A stretch of 58,685 nucleotides of DNA, counting the filler, from Sphacelaria rigidula (taxonomy: Eukaryota): assembly GCA_964200075.2 (NCBI GenBank). It is 9 parts of 9 records of this genome, joined end to end, with 100 filler letters (N's around TTAATTAATTAA, not from the genome) between each part and the next. Parts side by side here need not be neighbours in the genome. Positions count along the whole stretch, not along the records: positions 32,661 to 39,092 come from CAXNAA020020105.1; positions 39,193 to 45,623 come from CAXNAA020020106.1; positions 45,724 to 52,154 come from CAXNAA020020107.1; 6 more parts are not named here. One strand, given 5' to 3'. The notes beneath the pieces are model-generated. The model searched no databases and was not told the origin of the DNA. It was given only the letters and a program-made list of their open reading frames with translations. The position numbers were made by a program, and so were the translations under genes. This document shows, one piece after another, positions 35,741 to 48,700 of the stretch (the stretch's first letter is position 1; each line of letters starts with the position of its first letter).

Positions 35741-36026
35741 GGCGAAACTTCACGCCGTTTGAAGGAGTCGTAATACCCTGAAATTTGCACAAGTGTACTA
35801 CGGGTCATTACGCAACTTTCGAAGGTCGAGTTTTTTCTCCACTTTCTGACCTTTTTCACCGTTCTTCGGGGATTCCACTTTTATCGGGAAGACTGCGATC
35901 TAGCCAGTCTAACCCGCGCGAAACGATTGAAAAAAACTCCTTCATCCAATGTTGCGTAATGACCCGTAGCACATTTGTTCAAGATTTTAGGACCTAACTC
36001 CTAAAAACGGCGTAAACATTTTCGCG
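35741..36026. repeat. Foldback / long inverted repeat with arms of about 95 bp
   Basis: Perfect 19-bp core ctacgggtcattacgcaac (35798-35816) vs gttgcgtaatgacccgtag (35951-35969), with imperfect extension to both ends. Confidence 0.88.
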
Positions 36027-36814
36027 TTGGTGCGATGAACTTTTCCGTGCCACGGTGAAACCGCAAGCTACTTGGTATTACTATGAAAACGGTGTTTTGG
36101 GGTCTTTTCTGAGGTAAACTTGAAAGTTCAAGCATCAGCTAATCGAGTCTGGCGACGAAACTTTGTGGGGCTCTTCCTTAGGTTATGCGGCGACAGCGAA
36201 AAAAAGCAGAAAAAGAAGGTCGCAGTGCCGGTTTTCCGGCGTCCCATAATGGAGACTGCTGCAAAAACACGACTTGGATCCCGTCGTACCCCTGGAAACG
36301 GTGAAAATAACAAGAAGTGAAAAAAAAATACCTCGTCCAACAAAAGTTGCGTGATGAGACAGGGCATAATATTTGTGCAAAGCTTGACGGTCTGACTCGT
36401 ATAGTAACGACGTGAAGGTTTGCGCGCGTTTGTGGGAGGACGTGAACATGAGACGTACAAACTCCTAACCACTTGGTTTGAGCATAAAAAGGATTTTGGG
36501 GTGAGTTTTACGTCAAGGCAAGGGAAACCGTATATGTGGAGATTGGGTGAAAATTGGGCTTGGAATCAGTAAGTTCGATCTCGGAGCAATTTGGCGGGCA
36601 CTGATTAGTCGAGGTACCTTTTCGCCCTGAGCACCACCGCTATGGCCGTAAACACAAATCCGACTATGTCACGCTCTTCAGCTGTTCATGGCGGTCAGCA
36701 TGATATAATGTATGCGAATAGTGGGTAGGTATTTCGAAAGGCATTTGCTGATAGCATAGTTTTGAGTGATGAGCGTGAACCAGCCTGCAGGGGCTTTTGG
36801 TCATTTTCTAGTCG

Positions 36815-37690
36815 CCGGCGATTTCCAATGTTTTGTTTTGCGTGCCACCGTTCATCCCGGTGAACGTCTGATCCCGAAGGTCGGCGGTTTGGAGATACTG
36901 TAATAGGTATCCGCTCTACGTTCCGAAACAAAAATATTCTTTGCGCTCAATATTGAACGTCTCACGGGCTGAATCGACCGGGGGTGCTATTGACCGTTTT
37001 TGGTCCAAACACACATTTCTTTTCGGCTCTAGCGCAATGAAGAGGTCTGAATAAAGTGTAGAGGCCTGTAAAAGTATTCACGAGAGCGATCGAGACTTAT
37101 TTACCCCCTCCTGTGCTACACGGAGCTCGGTTGGGCAATTCGTCCCTGGGTATTATTTTGAATTCTCTCTTATAGTCTCCTTCCTCAGCGCTCGAAAGTC
37201 CTATCACAGCGTCGATATCTATCGGGAAAAGAGGCAGGTGGTGCTCAGGACACAATCCTCGAGTTGGTGTTGTCGGGGTGGTGAGGAGTAAGGAGATCGC
37301 TCATCAGGCGGGTGTTATCGAACGTCCCCGGTCCCAAAAACACAGTTTTTCGCCTCGAGCGTGATGAATAGGTTAAAACTGGAACAATGTATATATACAT
37401 TTGTACCCGAGAACGATCAGGATTGCTTTAACCAGCCAAAGATACACAAGTGTCAGAATCTGGGGCTGGGTAGTCTCACGACCCCTAAGGACCGGCCAAC
37501 CCGTAAGTCGTTCAATATTGAGTGCATATATAAATCTTGTTTCGGTATGTGTAGCGGATGCTTGGTATCTCCCGATCCCTAATCTTTGGGATCAAACGTT
37601 CACTGGTATCAGTGTGGGCACGCGAAAAAACTCTTGAAAATCGCCCACCACGAATCGATGACGAAAACCCTCTGGTTCAGCTGGAACCTA
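36815..37690. mobile_element. Rearranged copies of sequence related to the Tc1/mariner MITE at 43375-43924
   Basis: 36820-36975 (+) and 37490-37650 (-) are inverted relative to each other. Both share ctcaatattga.cg..t.acggg with 43532-43555, and the tttcggctctag.gcaatga block matches the reverse complement of 43687-43710. Confidence 0.7.
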
Positions 37691-40082
37691 TTCTGTATGC
37701 ATGGGAAATGCATCACCTGTCAACAATATTGTTGTCACACTCAACACAGAGTATGTACCATATTCGGCTGTTTGGGATGACCTGTCGGTACCTACAAGAC
37801 CTCACGTATGACAACCCAATATATTCATGATAACCAGTTCGATTGCCGTCGACTGTCATGAGTGTATACGGACCAGCACTGTCTCGGTGTTCCTTGGGGA
37901 CATGAAGCCATCGTGCACGAATAACGGGAAATGAGTCCGTACCCAACACACGCCTCCCCTCCATTATGGTGTCATTTTCACGGGCCATCTCAACCCCTGT
38001 TGTTCGAACGCCACAAAAACATAGACAATATCTCTCGTAGTGATTTTTCTGCCCCGCACAAGAAGGATCATTGTTTCCCTCAATAGAGATACACTCAGGG
38101 TACAGTACGGCTGCCACTCTCCCGGACATGAAGACACGGAAATCTATTCCGTATATAAACAGCCTCTGTGTCGGAAGATAGCTCTCAAGTAGTGCACGAG
38201 TCCGGCGCTCGTGCCCGATGGTTTAGTTTTGTGTTTGGAGGCATCATCATCTTGAACTTGAAGACGTATGCTTTCTGCGGAGTACCGTAATTTTCGTATC
38301 TCATGATGTACTGCAAACACTCTTCTTTGGGTTTCCACGCCGTTCGTATACCTGAGATATCTATAAGACGACCAGTGTCCGTGTTTGATCGTACCTGGTG
38401 AGAAGTTTTGGGAAAAAGGTGTGTTGGTTGCGCTTGCGGGGAATGACGTGGAGGTGGCCCCGGGGTAACGAAAACCGTATAGGCTGCGGGGGATACTAAA
38501 ATAGCCGTCGCGCCGCGATGGTCTAACGGCACCACTCACGCCGGCAGGTTGGAAAAGTTCGGGCTCAATGTCCGCCAGATGTACGTGTTTGTTTTCGGAG
38601 ATATGTTTGATTTCCGTCGCAAACGCGAGAGCGCGAGCAGCAAACAGAGTGTAGTCGGAGAGTATCCACCGCGCGGTGGGGGAGCGCTGATCCAATCCGC
38701 AATACCAAATTGCAACGCCTGCGGCGGGGCAGAGCTGGCTTGATCCCTCCAAAGCACGGACACGTTCGGAGGGAGGGGAAAGGTCCAAAAGGGGACGAAG
38801 AAGGAAAAACTATGCCATCCGTATATTGTGGACTGTGCAACCCTTTACCCCCGGCCAACACGAGTTGGACTTTGTCTGCAATCGTCGCAGCACCCACAGA
38901 ACTGTTGTACCGGTGTACGTTACATACCGTAGCCCGCCTTCTCCCTCACCCGGAATATTACCTTTCGGTGATGAGATTTCCGGCCTCAGTAAGCCATCAC
39001 CCACGAGTCGTGCACAGGTAAACCTCCGGAAGCGAAGATATTCCGTTTTGCGTGCCATACCCTGTCGACGTTGTGGCCAGTGTATTATCGGGNNNNNNNN
39101 NNNNNNNNNNNNNNNNNNNNNNNNNNNNNNNNNNNNTTAATTAATTAANNNNNNNNNNNNNNNNNNNNNNNNNNNNNNNNNNNNNNNNNNNNCCATCATG
39201 GTTACCGGAAAAAAAAACGCAAGCGCGCAAAAAAAAAAAACGGTAACCTGGTTGCCCAGCTTACGCAGTGAGTGGCTTGTTTTACGGCGTCATCGCCAAC
39301 TGATGCCAACCCCATCGGGGGGCCAGGTGTGTACCGGGGAGAGATGGGTTGATCCCTCGAGACCACGGACTCATACCGATAATAACAATAATAATAACAA
39401 TATCATGAATCTACGGCCATCATCCAGCGTGTGGGCGACAAGTAGCGTGTTCGACTCCCGACTAATACGGTATTTTCGCGCAGAATCTGCTTTTCGGTCG
39501 TTGGACATGTGAGGATGCGTAGAGAAAATCAAAACTTCCAAGGGTGTGAAGCGTGTGGCGGCGGTGTCGATCCAACAGGGATGTTATCAAGAGCTCAAAA
39601 ATTGGCAGATGACGCATAATAACATGTGAACGACATTGAGGAAGTCGGATTTGGAAGGGGGTGCATGGTAGTTAGCGCAGCGGGCAAGAAAATAGCCATT
39701 CTCGGGGGAGGGGGGTACTTCATATCGTAATTCAGGGGCGATATCCATCGTGTTGGCCTATACTGCGCAAAATGGCAATACGTTTGGATGACATCAAAGT
39801 TTTTTTTCAGGACATTCGAACTATGCAAATAAAAAAATGCAAGAAATATTTCCCCATCCGGAGATTTACTGCACGCCCCGCGACCCCAAAATCAATTGTT
39901 ACTCTGGTGGTCTTTACCTTTTGGGCTTGTTACACACAAATAGTACACACGAATGGCGACGCATCTGAACACACGAACACACAATTAAAAACGTGTTAAC
40001 AATAAAGTATTTATCCCTGCTGCCCCTCCCTCCATTTCTCCCCAACCGGGGATGAAATCGCCCCATCCCCTCTCCCGTCCGT

Positions 40083-40141
40083 CTCGACAGGATTGCGCGG
40101 TCAATGGTCAAACGACCAAGGCAAGCAACAAATGAGTACAC
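40083..40141 (+). mobile_element. Short LINE 3' tail copy
   Basis: ctcgacaggattgcgcggtcaatggtcaaacgaccaaggcaagcaacaaatgagtac matches 25363-25419. Confidence 0.8.
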
Positions 40142-40619
40142 ACCTTCTGTCCAGACACGATGGGGGATGTTATCCAGCGTTTTTGCTAGTTACATGGACA
40201 TTTATACAAAATAGTGATGCCCCTGAACAGGCGGGGGGCATCGATAAAACGTATCCATTACATGCTATTTATTCCCCTATGAATCCTGTTTCTTCCCATG
40301 CCCTTTCCCGGGGATGAAATAAACGCATCCCCGCCCTGAACAATCTCAACGAAAAGGGGGGTGTTATCCGGCGTTTGAGACATTTACGGCCGGACAACAA
40401 TGAACCTGAACACGTGACGGGTACCAATGGAAAACGTGCAACGTACTCTCACTAGTGACACATGTTTTCCCTAGCTCGGTTACAGACACCACGGGGGAAG
40501 ATTTTGAAGGGAGTAGAAGTCAAGCAACGCATGTTTTGTTTTGCAATGTTTCACTACTTTTTCTGTCGCGACTTAGTCTGATATGTCGTTCTGTTTGACC
40601 AATCTTTTTTTTTTCTTCC

Positions 40620-40720
40620 TCAGAGCGTGTTTGAGTTTCGTTTTTCTTGGGTACGTCTATCATGAGACCACGGCTGGACCCCGGGGGGGTCAGTTAAAGT
40701 GCGACAATAAAAAAAAAAAA
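40620..40720 (+). mobile_element. Retroelement 3' tail ending in poly-A; related copies at about 10268-10372 (+) and 18945-19010 (-)
   Basis: Shared gaccacggctgga.c...gtgcg.caat motif followed by an A-rich tail. Confidence 0.65.
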
Positions 40721-41377
40721 TGTGGAGAAACGAGGGGCGGTAAGCTGGGGCAAGTATCCGGAGATGGACCCTATACTCCCGTGTGAAGGGAAAAAAGCTA
40801 CCCACCGTCACAAAACAGGTTCAGTAAGTACCTGACTTGTTGCTTGAGGAGACAGGGTTCGGAGGAACTGCTCCGTTACAGCCGCAGAAGCGTGCAGGCA
40901 CATGTTCGGTTCAGCAGGCGTCGTTAGAATCACCATCTCCATATACCAACATGCCATGGGAAACTTCCTCAGTATACTGTCCCACACCACGCAGCAAGTA
41001 CAAAATCAAGCCTCTCTTCCCAGGACTGCAAATGGTGTATCTTCGGCATCCATCTTCTCCACCGTATGAGCCTCCGTTCAATCATGTCATCATGTCACCG
41101 AAATCAGGTCACGATTCGTTTGCAGTGACGGACGTCGATCGACCTCAAAAGGGACGCTTTGCGACAAAACAGATTCTGATGAGCTCAACACTACCGTCGC
41201 CGTTGGGTCCGATGAGGCATACCTCATGCCGTGCTCGACGACACTGTGGGTTGGGTGGGGGCGCGTCGTAGGCTTGACCTCAACTTATGAAGATTTGGAA
41301 TGGACTGGTGATAATTTGGGTCGTTTTCGAATAAGAATCTTAGTATTCTTATTCTGTCTGCCTTACAATAGTGATTT

Positions 41378-41520
41378 GGGTTGAATAATATTTCGAGGAA
41401 ACACAGTGTATAAAAATGGAACACAAAAGTGGTTGAGGTTGAAATAATATTTCAAGGAAAACACAATGTATAAAAATGGAAAACAATAGTGGTTGAGGTT
41501 GAAATATTATTTTTTGGAAA
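41378..41520. repeat. Tandem repeat, unit about 60 bp, about 2.4 copies
   Basis: aataatatttc.aggaaa(a)caca.tgtataaaaatggaa.acaa.agtggttgaggttga is repeated. Confidence 0.85.
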
Positions 41521-41682
41521 AAGGGAACACAAATACCTATTGACGTACGTCGGAGAAACGCCAGTAGGATTTCTTCCAAGACCAATTAAATTCAAAAACA
41601 GATTTTTCAGGACGAGGGGACGACAGTATGTATCTATCATGTAGTATTCGGAGTTTGCCAAAGCTTCTCAAAGCTTCTCAAG

Positions 41683-41719
<37 letters not shown>

Positions 41720-41821
41720 ACCCCCCTCCCCTTCCTTCTCTTCTTTGTNNNNNNNNNNGAGGCAGGAAAAAGATTTTCTTTTTTCTTTTTTTTTTTTGTT
41801 TTCCAACCCTCACCCTCATCC

Positions 41822-41853
<32 letters not shown>

Positions 41854-42539
41854 TTTGCTTGCACAGTGCTCTACTCCTAATTATTTTTTTGATCGCAATA
41901 GTGTATGTCTTCTAGAAATCACGGGGGGAGGGGGGGGTATACCATCTATCCTCCACGAAGCTGCAGTTCTTACACCAAGATACAAGCACACATCAGGTAA
42001 GGGCTCCACTCTAGGCAAATATGAATACCACATCAATAAAGATTATCACAAAAAAAATCAGCTTTTGTTGTCAATTCTCACAGGCTGTACCTGGAAAGTT
42101 ATATTCCAAGCACTGGAGGTTTCAGACGATAACCGAATAAAAGGTGAATAATTTTCTTTCTTGTGAAAGAATGAAAGCACAGCAGTGCCACTGTGTGGTT
42201 ATGTCCTCCGTTCACTTTATTTTGACGTTTTCGACTTACTTTCAACTCCTCTCCTTCCTCGAGGACGAGTCAGTAGTCCCGACAAATCAACCCACTTTTC
42301 CTCCGATACATGCGTGACATTTTGACATCTGGGATTGGATCATGACACCACTCCCGCACCTCGTCGACTGTCGCCGAACGAACTCTCTTTGCTACCTAGG
42401 GGGTGTCTTACTACTAAATCATTTTTCGATGGAAAAAATGCGATGGAAAACAAAATATTCTGATCTGATAAGACGTCATTTCAGCATGAAATACCATGGT
42501 TGAAATCACGATCTACAGTATAAAACTACTTCTCATGTA

Positions 42540-42853
42540 TCGAAAAGTGAAAGTTGTTGAAAACTACTTATTTGGTCCTTCTCCGTCGTTCTTGTCCACA
42601 AAAGAGGGCTAGGCGGATGTGAACACCTTGGAATGAATGACTTGCTCTACTCGCTGAAACTGTTTCAGAGCACCTTTGCGTTTTCTGTAGGTCACAGTTT
42701 CGTTCTTGGCCAAAAATGCATTTTCAATAACAAACGATCTCAGCGAGTAGAGCAAGTCATTCCAAGGTGTTCGCATCCGCCTAGCCCTCTTTTGTGGACA
42801 AAAACGACGGAGAAGGGCTAAAAAAGCACTTTTCAACAACTTCTACTTTTCGA
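42540..42853. repeat. Long near-perfect inverted repeat (arms about 115 bp, spacer about 80 bp); one-arm homologue at 44633-44725
   Basis: ttgtccacaaaagagggctaggcggatg.gaacaccttggaatg(aatg)acttgctctactcgctga vs tcagcgagtagagcaagtcattccaaggtgttc.catccgcctagccctcttttgtggacaa. Confidence 0.93.
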
Positions 42854-43374
42854 TTCGTAGGAAGTACTCTAAGATCGAAAAATTTGTTTTCCACGGTACG
42901 TTTTCGATCGAAAAACAACAAGAACGTCAACGGTCGGACGAAAAATGATCCACCTCAATTTTTATTATTTATTTTTAGTGAAATCGATTCGTACCGTACG
43001 AATCAATCCTCGGGATTTGTCCTCCGCCTTTTTGCACCCCAAGGCACAACGCATACCCCAAGCGCGCGGAATCGCGCAAAATTTGCGTCGAGGCTTCTTC
43101 GACCTGCGGTCAACTTTTTTCGTCTCTTGCGAGCAATCAAGCCTCATAATTCGTAGATTTGGTGACTTGAATAAGGAATGATTCGCCCGAACCTTGAATA
43201 ATTTGCTAAGATACCGCCTCACGTCCTGAAGCTTTCAACGACGGGAATCAGATATTTCTGATCAGATTCCCACGTAGTAGGACGATCTGCTGAGATTCGA
43301 GTCGCCAACTCTGCCCGAGCCGATTGGCATGTTTAGTACCAGCTACACCACAGGGGAGTGGCGGCATGGACGTA

Positions 43375-43924
43375 CAGTAGTGGGCGGTCTAACTATTCAT
43401 TTCGAGGTATTTTGTGATTTCTTCGTAATTGACGATTTTCTTGGGCTCTTTCCGCTTGCCATCGCTCATCACATTGGGGATCTGAAGATACTGGTATCTG
43501 TTCCACATTCCAAGAAGAATAATCACCTGTACTCAATATTGAGCGACTTACGGGTTGACCGGTGATCGGGGGTCCTGCGACGTTTCAGCCTAGATTCTGA
43601 CTCTCCGGTATTTTCGGTTGATCGAGCCTGTCCCAATTATATTTAAATAAAAATGTACAGTTTTATTTTTTCGAAAATCTGCCTACTCATTGCACTAGAG
43701 CCGAAAAACTGTATTTCACGGTCAATAACACCCTCCTGATCAACGGGGTATTTACTCGTTTCGCCCGATAACACCAACTGGTACTGACTTGGGCACTGTA
43801 TTTCGATGGTGATCTGTTTGTTGTACCAAAATCTACCGACGCTCAGCAATTTCCAATTCTATCGAAGGGTAGTACACGAGGAAAACCTCGAAACCCCGCT
43901 GAATAGTTAGACCGCCCACTGCTG
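43375..43924. mobile_element. Non-autonomous Tc1/mariner-type MITE, 550 bp
   Basis: 25-bp terminal inverted repeats cagtagtgggcggtctaactattca / tgaatagttagaccgcccactgctg (one mismatch), flanked by TA on both sides (43373-43374 and 43925-43926). Confidence 0.88.
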
Positions 43925-45723
43925 TATGTGCAATCTTGTACTGCGAGTGAATACCTCACTCTGCATGCACCATCTTACCGTGGCCCTGTTTTCACCCGCA
44001 GACCGCGAGGTTAGTCTTCTGTTGAATCGGCATCAATTCCAAGTGAAAAAAAGTATGCATAATCCAGAAAGACTAATCTCGCGGTCTAAGGGTTAACGAG
44101 ACAAGGGGCGTGAGAAGGCGCCGAGAGACTTGAGAGTGATTTTGGCGGTTTGTTTGATTTCGTTTGTTTTTTCTTGTCCTTCCAACTGTTTGAAGGCTGA
44201 TGGGCAACCAATTGACGAAAAATAAAAGCAAGAGGAAAAAAACCCCGAAACCCGCCAGAATCGATCACTCTAATGGCACCTTCTCACTTTTCTTTTACTG
44301 AATCGTTAAAACAGTCCCTGTACCAACCAACAACACTACTCTGAGTTTCTTGGACCTTCGTCTCGTCTCTGATTCGCGCCTCAACCTTCATCCTACAGAA
44401 GGGGGGAGGGGGCTCAACCTAAGTTTCTGCTCTCTCCTGTTGGTTTGACGATTAAGTTACAAAAACCGAGCCGGAACAAAGACCACGGACTAAGTAAGCA
44501 CGGTCAAGAACGGTTCGATATAGGAAAAAGTGTGATTTTTTTCTGGACTTGACCGTCTCTTGACAAAGATGCTTGTGTGGCCCAAATAAAACTGCGGCCG
44601 CCGGACAACGCGAAAATGTCCGGGGACCGTTTCAACGAGTAGAGCAAGTCATTCCAAGGTGTCAACCTCCGCCTAGCTCTCTTTGGAGCGTAAAAAGACG
44701 AAAAAGGCCCAAAAAAGCATGTTTTACAGGATTTTTCTTCTGTCTGCTATAAGGAGCGGTCGGTCTTAGGCCGTGTCTCTGCACATGATTTTTCAATCGA
44801 AAAAAAAAATGGAGTAAAATTTAAAAAACGGATTTGATAGGTCCTGCTTTCAACACAAAAAAGTGTTGTTGAAATCAAATCGATTTCACACTAGATCGGA
44901 ATTTTCCTACTTCATACCACATATTCGATTGAAAAACGACATACTAGTGCTAAGACATGCCGTTGGGTCGCTCCATGTGGACAATAAAATTCTGAAGAGT
45001 GTGGATCCCATGCATAATACGACGCCAATTTTGCCCACAGGAGTTCTTTTGACAAACGGTGTTAGTGGCGGGTGGATAGGACTCAAATACGCTCACTCCC
45101 AGAATACATCCACGCGCACTTCCCACATCTTCCGCACGCTCAGTATTTGACAACGAGCATTGGCCGCACTATTATAATAATTTCCGATCTGTAGAAATAA
45201 GAAAAAAACACCATAAACCTGGAAATTTCTCTTGATTTCTCGTGGATTAAGTCGAAGGAAAACTGTATTCAACCTTTGGACCGCGAGGGTAGTCCATCTG
45301 GATCATGCGAATATTTTCCAAGTGATATTGATGCTGATTTCACAGATGATCTACTCTCCTTATCCAACGGATAAAACTTGTGTAAACTTGGACTAGTGGT
45401 AGCATCTACTGTACTGTACAGTAGTGCTCGTCGTGCTCTGACAGTTGACAAGTGGTATCCCTTGAGACCACGAACTCCTTCGGACGAAGTGGGGGGCTCA
45501 AAAGTGGAAGTGTAGGTACATGAAGATGTAAAAAACAAAGAGCGGGGACAATCGGGATGTAAGGCGTGTGCCGGGGGGGTTTACTCATGATCATGTATGC
45601 CATAGTCATGAGACCATTGAACTNNNNNNNNNNNNNNNNNNNNNNNNNNNNNNNNNNNNNNNNNNNNTTAATTAATTAANNNNNNNNNNNNNNNNNNNNN
45701 NNNNNNNNNNNNNNNNNNNNNNN

Positions 45724-45792
45724 CTCGAAAGGGATGCGTGGTCAATGGTCAAATGACTAAGGCAAGCAACAAATGAGTACGCCCCCCCCCCG
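45724..45792 (+). mobile_element. LINE 3' tail copy at the start of a fragment
   Basis: ctcgaaagggatgcgtggtcaatggtcaaatgactaaggcaagcaacaaatgagtacgccccc matches 25363-25430. Confidence 0.85.
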
Positions 45793-48700
45793 ACTTTTTC
45801 GGAACATAATTTGATCGCTTTCCCCCGTTGTGCACACTGCTGCAACGCGCAGCACCAGAGATCCCAGTGATGTGGAACTGTTGACTGTGGTTCTCACAAT
45901 ATATGACCGAAGTTACAGCACCTTTCAGCGTCTACAGCGCGCGTAGGGCCGTGCGTCATGAACTGCGCACCTCTGCAGACGATATGCCGATCGGTACACT
46001 ATCGATGGTCATGACCCAGAAAGGGTCATCGGTGTCAGTTAACTACAATATCGGCCGCCCAGCCGCTCAAGATGTCGAAATTAATGGACGTGCGCGTGCA
46101 CATATGCATTTATCTCTAGTGCACGAAGTTTGGACTGCAGGATAGCCGCTTTGAGGGCGCATCGACGGCATTCCCCTAAATTGCTTGTGGCCGTGTTGGT
46201 AATTTGCGCGGGGCCCAATCGTGCGGGCGCTTGGCGAATATGTTGCCTGTGCTTGTGTCCGACTCGTGCGCAAAGTTTCATGAGGGAACGCGATGTCGTA
46301 GGCGAGAAATCCACAACGAAAGTTGCTCTGGAAATTGGGAGTTTACCGTAGGAAAGTATCCAGATACACACGACATTCGGTTACACCCTGGTTAGGCCAC
46401 ATATCAGATGCGGTCACGCAGTATGACGCTACTGTCAAATGTAGTACAGACAGTACATTACATTAGCAATTATACTGCACTTTATAATAGTCGAGACAGA
46501 AATTTCAAATTTGAAAGCCACCAGCTGCGCCGCCAGGCATGCATGCAAACGATCATGCCGTTCTCATTTGTGCTGAAAGCAATTGAGATGCTTCTTTTTC
46601 AGACGGATTGCACAGTCCACAAACCACACCCTAGGCGTGGTGACGGGTGGGAACGCGAACCGTGGCCGCCAACTATCGGCGTACCATGGCGCCCACAAGG
46701 GAACCGTACCGAGCAACACCACGCACATCACCGAACGCGGGACATAATCACGTTTTCAGCCTGCAACTTGCGCCGACAATCCAGCCATAAACATAGCTTT
46801 TCAGATATGCCGCGTGTTGGGTCGTAGGTCCTTCCCAAGGCTCCTGGCTCGTGTGGATTATGCCTGCTTTGGGTATCCTCTAAGCTGATATCATATACGA
46901 TGACTCTTGTGCGCGAAGATCGGCACACATTTGACTTCTTCTGGCGCAACACTGGTTGCCATAAAAGTGGGTCTTCGACCAACTTTTATGGCAGGCACGA
47001 ATCTCGATTTTTTCAAAATCGACGGGGGGGGAGGAGAAATCGGGGAACGCATTGTATGGACACGAATTTGGACCAAATCGGGAGCGAAAAAATCGGGGGG
47101 TCACGATCCCGGAACGGTTTCCCCCGATTTTCCGAAAAATTCGGAGGGAATCGTTCCGACATCGTGAAACCACGATTTTCTTGAGGTGACCTACGTGCAT
47201 TGACGTACAATGCTAGAGTATGAGGCGTTTGAAATTTTTGCAACGGCAGCACAAGACAGTCTCGTGACAGCACAGGTCGTGCCTACTGCCCACCCCAGAT
47301 GCTGAAGCAACTACGCACGGGGTTTGACAAGCGGATAAGAAGTGCTGACGCCGTACCCTGCGGCGATAGGAATATGTTATACTGCGCTGCGCCGCAAACT
47401 GGCGGGTATCGGCAAGCACAGATTTATGCGCACGGATTTCTGTTCAGCGGTCAGTCTCGAAACCTCGGAGCCAAGGGAATCTGAAAAGCAGACTAGGCCC
47501 CTCTCTGTGGGGTGATGCAACGTGTTCGAGACGCGTGTTGACGGTTTTCTTGGTTTGGGGGTCAAAAGGTAGGTCTAACGTTCCAAAAGTGAACAATCTG
47601 TGGGCTGAAAATCTGTTTGCCATAACATCCGTCCCAAGGCCGGATGTTATGGCAACATATTTTTGGCCGCGGATTTTCAGAATTTCAAATAGTTCGTGTT
47701 ACACCCATCGTGTGGGTACAGGTTATTCAAATTTTGGTTGAAATAATCCGCGGCCAAGAATCGGGGTCCGAGTCCCATAGATTTTTGGGCAAACTGGCGG
47801 GGGTCGGCAAGCACAGACTGTTGTACACGGACTTTCGCGTTTTGGTCGGCAGATCGTCATAATGGGTTCACGCCGCGTTTTTCTTCCATGTGCCGGCGTG
47901 CTGGCTGCGCCTCTGTGAGTGATCCTGTCGACCACAACCAACAACACACGAAGCAAGCACACGCTGCACCCGACGCGCGATGGAACCGCTTTGCACGTGC
48001 GAGACAAAAAAAGACACGCCTTGCTCGTCGGTCTCCTAGCAAAAGCATTGCAGAGACGTCGAGAGGGGAGACATGTGATGCGCACTGTCGGTGTCTTGCG
48101 GGTAGTTCTGCGATCCTTCGATGAAGATGCCGAGGCGGCAATTAGCGGATTCAACTCAAGCAGGAACGAGGGGGGGCTGGTCGCTCACTTATGCGCTCGA
48201 AAGAATGGGCACTGGTTGAAGTGGGGTGGCGATGACCTCTCTGCGGCAGTGAGGCTGCATCCCTACAGCACACCACAACACACGAGACACCTACGGGACT
48301 GTGAGCTGTTAATACACGCTACACATGAAACTTGAAACCCTGGTAAGGGTATACAAATCAGAACAATATTGTATGAAAATCTGTGTGCTCCCACAAGATC
48401 GTTCCCGAACCCACATTTGCCGCGGATTTATTTCACCAGGGTTGAAAAATCTGTTGCCACAATATCCGGCCTGGTTGAAGCCAATATACTCGTTTTTCAA
48501 ACCCCGTGACCATCCGCTTTTCATCTCGGAACAGTTATTTACGGGACGCTACATCGGTTGACGTACACACCCAAGAACTGACGCCATAGTAGCAAGTGTC
48601 CTCGTCATGCCCAAAAACACTATCTCCTCGTTGTATGCGTGGCTAGAAGCAGGCACTACTGTGAACTGAACACCCCTGCGTGACTCTTGGACAACACAGC

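Noticed and set aside
41684..41853. Poly-Pro or poly-Gly ORFs (also near 12890-12964 and 52545-52735)
   Set aside because: They are homopolymer runs next to gaps or fragment ends, typical of low-quality contig ends.
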